DNA of 64,000 nt from Octopus vulgaris (Eukaryota), in the NCBI GenBank assembly GCA_951406725.2, contig OX597814.1, forward strand, positions 930,001 through 994,000. The letters run 5' to 3'. Below are positions 53,821 to 64,000 of the stretch, piece after piece. The position numbers were made by a program, and so were the translations under genes. The first letter of the stretch is position 1; each line of letters starts with the position of its first letter. The notes below the pieces were generated by a model. It did no database searches. It had not been told where the DNA came from and was given only the letters and a program-made list of their open reading frames with translations.

Positions 53821-56100
53821 ACCTCCACCACCACTGCCACCTCCACCACTCTGCCACCTCCACCACCACTTCCACCTCCACCACCACTCTGCCACCTCCA
53901 CCACCCTGCCACCTCCACCACCACTGCCACCTCCACCACCACTTCCACCTCCACCACCACTGCCACCTCCACCACCACTGCCACCTCCACCACCACTGCC
54001 ACCTCCACCACCACTGCCACCTCCACCACACTGCCACCTCCACCACCACTGCCACCTCCACCACTCTGCCACCTCCACCACCACTGCCACCTCCCTCACT
54101 CTGTTACATCCACCACCACCACCACTGCCACCTCCACCACTCTGCCACCTCCACCACCACTGCCACCTCCACCACTCTGCCACCTCCACCACCACTGCCA
54201 CCTCCACTACCACTGCCACCTCCACCACTCTGCCACCTCCACCACCACTGCCACCTCCACCACCACTGCCACCTCCACCACTCTGCCACCTCCACCACCA
54301 CTGCCACCTCCACCACTCTGCCACCTCCACCACCACTGCCACCTCCACCACTCTGCCACCTCCACCACTCTGCCACCTCCACCACTCTGCCACCTCCACC
54401 ACCACTGCCACCTCCACCACTCTGCCACCTCCACGACCACTGCCACCTCCACCACTCTGCCACCTCCACTACCACTGCCACCTCCACCACTCTGCCACCT
54501 CCACCACCACTGCCACCTCCACCACTCTGCCACCTCCACCACCACTGCCACCTCCACCACTCTGCCACCTCCACCACCACTGCCACCTCCACCACTCTGC
54601 CACCTCCACCACCACTGCCACCTCCACCACCACTGCCACCTCCACCACTCTGCCACCTCCACCACCACTGCCACCTCCACCACCACTGCCACCTCCACCA
54701 CTCTGCCACCTCCACCACCACTGCCACCTCCACCACTCTGCCACCTCCACCACCACTGCCACCTCCCTCACTCTGTTACATCCACCACCAGCACCACTGC
54801 CACCTCCACCACTCTGCCACCTCCACCACCACTCTGCCACCTCCACCACCACTGCCACCTCCACTACCACTGCCACCTCCACCACTCTGCCACCTCCACC
54901 ACCACTGCCACCTCCACCACCACTGCCACCTCCACCACTCTGCCACCTCCACCACCACTGCCACATCCACCACTCTGCCACCTCCACCACCACTGCCACC
55001 TCCACCACTCTGCCACCTCCACCACCACTGCCACCTCCACCACTCTGCCACCTCCACCACCACTGCCACCTCCACCACTCTGCCACCTCCACTACCACTG
55101 CCACCTCCACCACTCTGCCACCTCCACCACCACTGCCACCTCCACCACCACTGCCACCTCCACCACTCTGCCACCTCCACCACCACTGCCACCTCCACCA
55201 CCACTTCCACCTCCACCACTCTGCCACCTCCACCACCACTGCCACCTCCACCACTCTGCCACCTCCACCACCACTGCCACCTCCACCACTCTGCCACCTC
55301 CACCACTCTGCCACCTCCACCACTCTGCCACCTCCACCACCACTGCCACCTCCACCACTGCCACCTCCACCACCACTGCCACCTCCACCACCACTGCCAC
55401 CTCCACCACTCTGCCACCTCCACTACCACTGCCACCTCCACCACCACTGCCACCTCCACCACTGCCACCTCCACCACCACTGCCACCTCCACCACCACTG
55501 CCACCTCCACCACTCTGCCACCTCCACTACCACTGCCACCTCCACCACCACTGCACCTCCACCACTCTGCCACCTCCACCACCACTGCCACCTCCACCAC
55601 CACTGCCACCTCCACCACTCTGCCACCTCCACCACCACTGCCACCTCCACCACTCTGCCACCTCCACCACCACTGCCACCTCCACCACTCTGACCTCCAC
55701 CACTCTGACCTCCACTACCACTGCCACCTCCATCACTCTGCCACCTCCACTACCACTGCCACCTCCACCACTCTGACCTCCACTACCACTGCCACCTCCA
55801 CCACCACTGCCACCTCCACCACTCTGACCTCCACCACTCTGACCTCCACTACCACTGCCACCTCCACCACCACTGCCACCTCCACCACTCTGCCACCTCC
55901 ACCACCACTGCCACCTCCACCACCGCTGCCACCTCCACCACTCTGCCACCTCCACCACTGCCACCACTGCTACCTCCATTACCACTGCTACCTCCACCAC
56001 CACCACTGCTGCCACCACCACCACTGCCAACTCCACCACCACTGCCACCACCACCACTGCCACCTCCACCACCACTGCCACCTCCACCACCACTGCCACC
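53821..56100. repeat. C-rich minisatellite of 17-bp and 18-bp units
   Basis: Interspersed CTGCCACCTCCACCACT and CTGCCACCTCCACCACCA units. Confidence 0.97.
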
Positions 56101-56588
56101 AACGTTGTTTCCACTAAGGGAAATTCTTTGTGGTTGTTTCACTGCTAGAAATAGCAGCCAAGACTCCCTCAACTTGCACCTTGATTGAGTGGTCACATTA
56201 GATAATGTGGCACTTGGTCAATTATGACGATGAATGTTCCATTGTATTTGACCAGTGGAACAACCAGCCTGTGGAATTAACGTGAAAGGGGCTGAGTGCT
56301 CCACAGACATGCATGCCCTGTGTCACAGAATGGGACAAGGCTGACCCCTTTGAATTACAGCTGAATGGACTGGAGCAATGTGAAATAGAGTGTCTTGCTC
56401 AAGGACACAGCACACTGCTGGGAATTGAACTCATGACCTTACAATTGTGAGCTGAATACCCTAACCACTAAATCACAATGCCTTCACAATGTACTCCTAG
56501 GTACCCCTAAAAAATACAGAATGAACCTGGTTGGCTCTTGTTTGATTTGAGCTGACCTGAAGTTAACAACAACAATAACAGAAGTGAA

Positions 56589-57002
56589 CAGTTCTATATT
56601 TAAGAGATGAGGAATTATGTACATTATGTACATTATTTAATTATTTAGATTTGACGGATATTTGTCCTCATCTTGTTTGTTAACACAACGTTTCGGCTGA
56701 TATACCCTTCAGCCTTCATCAGGTGTCTTGGGGAAATTTTGAACCTGGGTTCTCATTCCTAAGGTATTTTTCAATGTTATTATTATTATTACTAACCCCA
56801 AGATTCCGAGTTCAATTCCAGGCAGTGACCTGAATAATAATAATAATAGTAATAATAATAATAACATCGAAAAATACCTTAGGAATGAGGACCCAGGTTC
56901 GAAATTTCCCCAAGACACCTGATGAAGGGTGGAGGGTATATCAGCCGAAATGTGTCAACACACAAGATGAGGACAAATATCTGTCGAATGTAAATAATGA
57001 AT
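56589..57002. mobile_element. second fold-back SINE/hammerhead element (centre deleted)
   Basis: Homologous to 16888-17470, with the same CAGTTCTATAT left end; AGAAGTGAA direct repeats at 56580-56588 and 57003-57011. Confidence 0.85.
56682..56727 (-). ncRNA. minimal type I hammerhead ribozyme (candidate)
   Basis: GACAC-CTGATGA-A-GGCTGA(AGGGTATA)TCAGCC-GAA-ACGT-T-GTGTT: complete core, 5-bp stem I, 6-bp stem II and palindromic ACGT stem III. Confidence 0.75.
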
Positions 57003-57943
57003 AGAAGTGAAGTTTTTAGGAATGCATTTAAGTAATTGTTATAATGTGGATCCTTGTCCACTTGTATGTTATTGTCAGCACTATAATATTCTGGTCACCA
57101 CTATTATGTTGTGGCAGTATTCCGTGTCTTGTTATCTTTGACTCATCTATCATGCTATTGCTGATAGTTCCGCAAGACGACTTTGAAACATCTACCTTGA
57201 CGGTGACTTGAACTCGTATATATCACATAACTGACAATGACTCCAACTGAGAACTTGTATAACAACTCTATTACTACTGACCCCCTACAACGACTGACTG
57301 TCTGACTTTATAGTGGCTGTGTCATACCACTTTGTCATGTGGGAAAGAGTGTACCATTTTCACTACAACAGGAACATTATTATAGGGTTCCCCTTCAATA
57401 AAACAAGGATGAGCTTTGTCATAGGAATCCAAAACAATTTCCTGTTACTTGCTATTTCTCTTACACATTTCCTAACTTTGTAAGAATTATCCTCCCTCCC
57501 TCCCTCCCTCCCATCCATCCATCCATCCATCCATCCATCCATCCATTCACATTTTAAAAAGCACCCAGAACACTCTGTAAAGTGGTTGGCATTACAAAGG
57601 GCATCCAGCTTGTAGGCACAATGCCAATTAGCAGACATTAGAGTACAATGTAATCCTTGAACCCATCAGATTTTGGTCAAAACGTCCCACCCATGCCAGT
57701 GTGGAACAAGGGCAATAAGGGATGAGTGTGATGATGATGATTGTCAGTCTGCGATGATAACTGAAGGCTATGTCATTACAATGCTGAATAAAATGAAACC
57801 ATGAAGAACCATCTTGATAAAGTGCAATGAGAACTGGATAAAGCTGGATGCTTTCTTCTTTCCATCTTTGAGTCAGGAATGAATGTAGAGCCCATGGCTG
57901 GGCTTCCAGTATTAGTGGAAGGAAGAGAGAAAGATATGCTTAA

Positions 57944-58148
57944 CCCTTTAGCATTTAAACCAGCCATATCCGGTCCAAATATTCTGTTTTATTTCAAATT
58001 GGTCCTTCACATTTCCCTAACAATATCAGTCTAAAAATAGACAACCACATCCTTGAAATCTCTAAACTATAAAACAATGCTTGGTTAATTTAAGGCAACA
58101 TGAATAAATAAACTTTACATTGGACAGAATAATCTGAATGCTAAAGGG
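57944..58148. mobile_element. piggyBac-like MITE
   Basis: TTAA|CCCTTTAGCATT ... AATGCTAAAGGG|TTAC. Confidence 0.8.
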
Positions 58149-58691
58149 TTACACCGGAGTGGGAGCTGGTCCAAACGTTTGCATCAAAGGGGGCTTCTGC
58201 TAGGTGTCAGATGGTCGTGTTAAACAGGGCAATGAGTTAAGTCTATCAAGCAGGGCTGCAGGACAAACACAAGCACAAAGTGCACACACACACACACACA
58301 CACACACAACAACTGTAAGTTGTGATATAACATTTAAACTGAAATTCCAGTATTTGGATTTAGTTTTCACAACCCCGGCATTTCACTTCGTACCACCATT
58401 TGGGGTCACAACCCATAGTTTAATCCTTTCATTATTGTATTTATTTTGAGATGCTCTGTGTTTCTTTCAATTACTTTAAATATAACAAAGAATTTAGTAA
58501 AATAACATAATTATCATTAGTTGGTAAAATAACTTAATTATCATTAAGCTGGTGTTAGGAACATTAATTGTAACTAAGGTTTGGTGAAAGATTTTAATGC
58601 AGAACTTATGAAAACAAAACATTTGCACTACAGAGTCAGAGGTGGTTTTAGCTGGGTCAGTATGAAAAGGGTTAAATTAATCATTTGTTAA

Positions 58692-58912
58692 CCCTTTTGT
58701 CACCTTATTTCTGTTGAGATGTTCTGTGTTTCTTTCAATTACTTTAAATATAACAAAGAAATTAGTAAAATAACTTAGTCATCATTCAGCTAGTGTTAGG
58801 AACATAAATTGTGACTAAGGTTTGGTGGAGGATTTTAATTCAAAACTTATGAAAACAAGACATTTGTACTACAGAGCCAGAACCAGTTTCAACAAGGTTC
58901 GTAACGAAAGGG
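58692..58912. mobile_element. piggyBac-like MITE, preceded by a partial tandem copy (58440-58676)
   Basis: TTAA|CCCTTTTGTCAC ... GTAACGAAAGGG|TTAA. Confidence 0.85.
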
Positions 58913-60039
58913 TTAAGAAGCGCTGCCCTAGAGCATAGGGAGTCTAACAAATACCACAACCTGTTCTGTCTGATGCTTTAGTGACTCTGCTTATTCATTT
59001 ACCAATAAATTTAGAAATATTTACTCAGTGTCTGAATGTTTGACACAATCTGTTGTTAGAAAGGTTTTATTATAAACTTCCTGGCTGTTAACCTCGTTTT
59101 AAACAGGAAGCATCTGCGTGGATCCTGAAAGAAGTGTTTGTTTATTGTTAAGTATGACTTGTGTGCTTGACAAGTTTGCTTCCTATTCACATGGTTTTAG
59201 GTTCAGTTCTGTTGTGCGGAACCTTGCACCACAAATGGCTTCTACTTTTACTCTGAGCCAACCAAAGCCCTGCCAGTGGATTTTTCTGTCGGTTGAAACT
59301 GAAAGAAGTCCATTGTGTGACTTCTGGCCAGAATCAGATCGCCATGCTGATTTGCTAGCTCCCGAGCGCATTTTTTTCTCTCCTTGTTTCTCTCCTTGTT
59401 TCTTTTCTGTGTATCTTTCTGTTGAAGAGCGTAGGCTCGAAACATAAAACACTTGTTTTATTTCTATTCCTGAGCACCATACTAATACAATTGTTTGTTT
59501 TGTACACCACCTGTCTTCGTCTTTTGTTTATTTTCATAAAGCTATATATATATATGTGTGTGTGTGTGCGTATGTGTGTGTATGTGTGTGTGCATGTGCA
59601 TGTGGGTGAGTTTGTGTGCATGCATGTGTGTGTGTATGTGTGCGTGTGTGCATGCATGTGTGTGTCTGTGCATGCGTGTGTGTCTGTACATGTGTGTGTG
59701 TGTTTTCTGTCTTCTTGTTTTGACATTTTGTAATAATTGTAAATGAGTGTCACTGTTGTACAAGCAGTGTCGTTCACTTCCAATATTCTGCCAAAAAAGC
59801 ATTTTCTGGCCATGGGGGAAATATTACCTCACTTGGAAACAGGTAAGGGCTGGCCAACAGGAAGGGCATCTGGATGTAGAAAACCTGCCTCAATAGATTC
59901 TGTCCAACCTTAGCAAGCATGGAAGAGTGGGTGTTAAAATGACGATGTTTAAATGTTTGAGACAATCTATTCATAAGTTTATAAACTTCCTGACTATTAA
60001 CCTGTTTCCACTCCAATCTAGAACCATCTATACACATCC

Positions 60040-60450
60040 AAGAAAGATGGCATTTAGTTATTGCTGGGTGTGGAAGAAAGGGGCAGTGCCCATGACTTTT
60101 GTAGGTTTATACATGCAAGACAGATATGAGCAGGGAAGGAATTCCCGAGGGACTAGAGACAGTGGTTAGAGTGTGGCTTCGAAGATTGGGCAGAGAACAA
60201 GGGTGATAAGAAGGGGAGTGGAGACAAATGGATAAGGAATGAAGTGAGTTAGCAGGATGAACAGGGGCCATTGTAGTAGATAACTTAGATATATTTCAGC
60301 CAAAGATTGGCCCAGGCCATGTCTAAGTTAACACCTGATAGGATCTGTTAAGTGATTTTTAAGTCAAGTCTGGAGGTATCATGGTCCATTCAAGTAAGGA
60401 GTTGTTATTGACTGAGATGCATCCAGGTACAGGTGACTTGTCTGGCATCC
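60040..60450 (-). pseudogene. possible highly decayed Penelope-like RT/GIY-YIG fragment
   Basis: Minus-strand traces resembling PGRPI..ENISKY...MAP and PNLR..L...G.FPC; weak and frameshifted. Confidence 0.3.
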
Positions 60451-60996
60451 CTTTACGAAGTTGCTCCTGGTTTCATTTGAGGCTGATGGGATCTTTTTCT
60501 TCTCTGGTTTGTTTTAGGATAATGTTAAATAGAAAAGGGCCTCTTGAAGTAAAGTGATTGTGTTGCAGTGAATTTATGCGTCGTGAGTCTGAATGGTGCA
60601 GAAGGCATATGTATGGCACGGGGGTCCCAGCCTCAGATGAATTCTTTATTTGACTTTAAGGTCATTCAGGCAATGTTGGCAGTAGATTCTCCACATTCAG
60701 CAAACATGTAGCACTCATGGTGGTGTAGCGAGTCATAAAATGCGGCAATATCATGATGTAATGGTCGTTTGCCCGAACAAGCATAATTGTTGGTAATTCC
60801 ATTGGTTAAAATTACTGCCCAGATACAAATTCTAAACTTTCGTCAAAGAAATCTTTCACGAAATACAGTTCTTAGAATTTGGATATGAGCAGGTATAAAA
60901 ACCCTGATTTTTGGGAAATTACTCAGTGATCATAGGATGTTACTAAACTCCACAACACTCACAATAGTAATCGTTGGATGTTACTAAACTCCATGA

Positions 60997-61294
60997 GTGG
61001 AGGCACATGGCCTAGTGGTTAGAGCAGCGGTTGAGGGATCACGGGTTCGAATCTCAGACTGGGCGATATGTGTGTTTATGAGCGAAACACCTAAGCTCCA
61101 CGCGGCTCCGGCAGAAGGTAATGGCGAACCTCTGCTGACTCTTTCGCCACAATTTTCTCTCACACTTTCCTCCTGCATCTTGCAGCTCACCTGCGACGGA
61201 CCAGCGTCCCATCCAGGTGGGGAACCTATATGCCAAGGAAACCGGGAAACCGGCCCTTATGAGCCAGGCATGGCTCGAGAAGGAACAAACAACA
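60997..61294 (+). mobile_element. SINE with a family D-like head and a different 3' half
   Basis: A/B boxes, CTGCGACGGACCAGCGTCCCATCCAGG module, (AAC)n tail and a 14-bp TSD ACTAAACTCCATGA. Confidence 0.9.
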
Positions 61295-62385
61295 ACTAAA
61301 CTCCATGACATTCACTCCTTGAGATATTGGCTACTTTTTCATGCCATGTCTATGGCTTAAATCCAACAAGACTTATTTGAATTGTTGTGAACTCTAGTAT
61401 TTAGTATGAAGAATTAGCTAGTGTGAATTTTAAGTTGTAACTCTCTACGACAAAATGACTTTACTTTCCAATTGTACTACAAAAGCTAAATGTACATAAG
61501 TAAAATAATGTAGTAATTATTTTCTCTTTCTTCACGTTCTTCAACTTGTTAATGAAATTTATTTCTGCAATTATGAAACTGTGTATTTTTTTATAGCAGT
61601 TAAAAGAACTCAAATTTATTTATCTTCAACATACATGCGCGCATAAAATATCCGTTAGCATTTCAGAGTATCTATTTCTCGCTATGGCATTTATGTAGCT
61701 GGAGTCAAGATTTATGTATAAGGATAACACTTAGAGAAGTAAGTTATAAGTGATGTGTTTATCAATATGTATTCCTACTTCAAAAGTAAAATCATATTTA
61801 TTCTCTATTTCCAAATAGGAAACGTATAAAAGTAGTGTTACACAAACAGTAACAAAATGCGACTATAAAAGTGACTTTGCAGAGAATAAATTTTCAATGT
61901 TTTAAAGTGGTCTTAATAACCAAGATCAGTCATGCCTTTGTGTTTTTAGTGAATGCATACAATACAATTGTATATTCATAAATCAATGCAAATAAACAAA
62001 GCCAGCTCATCAGATCACTGGAATATCATGGTGACATCAACATGCACACAAAATTTACTCCTATATGTATATATATATATATCATTATCATCATCATCAT
62101 CATCGTTTAACATCCGTTTTCCATGCTAGCACGGATTGGACAGTTCGACCAGGGTCTGGGAAGCCAGAAGGCAGCACCAGGCCCAGTCTGATCTGGCAGT
62201 GTTTCTACAGCTGGAAGCCCTTCCTAATGCCACCCACTCCGTGAGTGTAGTGGGTGCTTTTTACGTGCCACCGGCACAGGTGCCAAGGGATGCTGGCATC
62301 AGCCATGTTCGGGTGGTGCTTTTTACATGCCACCGGCACAGGTATCACAACTACAATTTCCATTTGATATATATATATATATATT

Positions 62386-62616
62386 CTTTTATTCTTTATT
62401 CTTTTACTTGTTTCAGTCATTTGACTGTGGCCATGCTGGAGCACTGTCTTTAGTCAAACAAATTGACCCCAGGACTTATTCTTTGTAAGCATGGTACTTG
62501 TTCTATCGGTCACTTTTGCCGAACCGCTAAGTTACAGGGATATAAACACCAACACCGGTTGTCAAGCGATGATGGGTGGGGGGGACAAACTCAAACACAC
62601 AAACGTATACACATAT

Positions 62617-62655
<39 letters not shown>

Positions 62656-62817
62656 TACGACTGGCTTCTTTCAGTTTCCATCTACCCAATCAATTCACAA
62701 GGCTTTGGTAGGCCCAAGGCTATAGTAGAAGACACTTGCCCAAGGTGCCACACAGTGGAACTGAACCCGGAATCATGTGGTTAGGTAGCAAGCTACTTAC
62801 CACACAGCCACTCCTGC
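62386..62817 (-). mobile_element. SINE family A
   Basis: Reverse complement of the full family A structure. Confidence 0.9.
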
Positions 62818-62961
62818 AACTATATATATATATATATTACTATTTCACTTAGGCATATCGAGATTAATAATAACCTGGTGTCGAACTCAATATGTGTATG
62901 GTCCAGAACATAATGTTAGAAAAGAGTTGTAATATGAAAAAAGAGATGACATCAGAAAAAC

Positions 62962-63683
62962 CAGCCGTTTCTGCTATAAGATGCAGTGAGCTCTTAGTTG
63001 AGTACCCAGATAATGTCCTGTAACTTCATCAGAGCCTTGAATATGAAGTCTATTTGGGAAAATTACATTTTTGGAACATACAAGTGTTACGAGTAAGAAG
63101 GTTTATGCTGATGCCTATGGAAAATCCTGTCCAGAAGTCATAATGCATGTATGTTCTGAAAATGTAATTTTCTCAAATAAAGTGCACTTTATAGGCGTAG
63201 GAGTGGCTGTGTGGTAAGTAGCTTGTTTACCAACCACATGGTTCTGGGTTCAGTCCCACTGCGTGGCATCTTGGGCAAGTGCCTTTTACTATAGCCTCAG
63301 GCCGACCAATGCCTTGTGAGTGGATTTGGTAGACGGAAACTGAAAGAAGCCTGTCGTATATATGTGTATATATATATATATGTGTGTGTGTGTTTGTGTG
63401 TCTGTGTTTGTCCCCCTAGCTTCGCTTGACAACCGATGCTGGTGTGTTTATGTCCCCGGTCACTTAACGGTTTGGCAAAAGAGACCGATAGAATAAGTAC
63501 TGGGCTTACAAAAGAATAAGTCCCGGGGTCGAGTTGCTCGATTAAAGGCGGTGCTCCAGCATGGCCGCAGTCAAAATGACTGAAACAAGTAAAAGAGTAA
63601 AGAGAGTTATAGTCAAGGCTCTGATGAAGCTACAAGACATTATCTGGTTGCACAACTAAGAGTCTAACACAGAAACAGCTGTA
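62962..63683. mobile_element. fold-back element with hammerhead-like cores, interrupted by a SINE
   Basis: 62962-63082 pairs with 63147-63190 plus 63610-63683. Confidence 0.75.
63194..63606 (+). mobile_element. SINE family A, full length
   Basis: Complete head and tail; TTATAG direct repeat at both ends. Confidence 0.92.
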
Positions 63684-63748
63684 ACCTAATGAAGTTCATT
63701 GCATAACATTTGTTTGTTCTGGTGTCATCTCTTTGTTCTCATATATAT

Positions 63749-63802
<54 letters not shown>

Positions 63803-64000
63803 ATATATATATATATATATATTAGAAATATTTATGTATTTATATATATATATATATATACATACATAATTTACAAGATAAGGGCAGAAGAAAAATTCTA
63901 ATGCCAGATACGCTGAAACAAAAAAATTGTCGATAACCATTAAAATTATGCGCATAAATTTAATGGTTATCGACAATTCTTTTGATATGCTGGCCATTGA

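Noticed and set aside
52545-56196. HTYI and VVEVA/GGGGS repeat proteins
   Set aside because: (TATG)n inside a SINE and a 17/18-bp minisatellite that shifts frame constantly.
57038-57367. Possible solo LTR (TG...CA, TATA on minus strand)
   Set aside because: No matching TSD and no second copy in the window.

Overview
AT-rich, repeat-dense eukaryotic DNA, most likely octopus/cephalopod (inferred from the SINE families, giant microsatellites and RTE LINEs; not provable without a search). No CRISPR, rRNA or complete gene is visible, and most long ORFs in the track are microsatellite translations. Content: several tRNA-derived SINE families, (GAT)n-tailed repeats that look like RTE 3' UTRs, non-autonomous Helitrons, piggyBac-like and Merlin-like MITEs, and LINE fragments (R4/Dong in a TAA array, Tx1 in TATC arrays, CR1, Jockey-like). 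One near full-length RTE LINE (44434-47886) is broken only by two in-frame TGA stops. Two CpG-retaining zones (~5.8-8.8 kb, ~49.2-52.5 kb) each hold a candidate first coding exon: an MTHFD1/FolD-like MASILSGKNIS on the minus strand and an unidentified MEFIHR on the plus strand. The most interesting signal is a set of unrelated fold-back elements carrying minimal Penelope-type hammerhead ribozyme cores. One family is a head-to-head tRNA-SINE/hammerhead chimera (16888-17470, 56589-57002) with an intact-looking hammerhead at 56682-56727. All calls are by eye; superfamily names need database confirmation.
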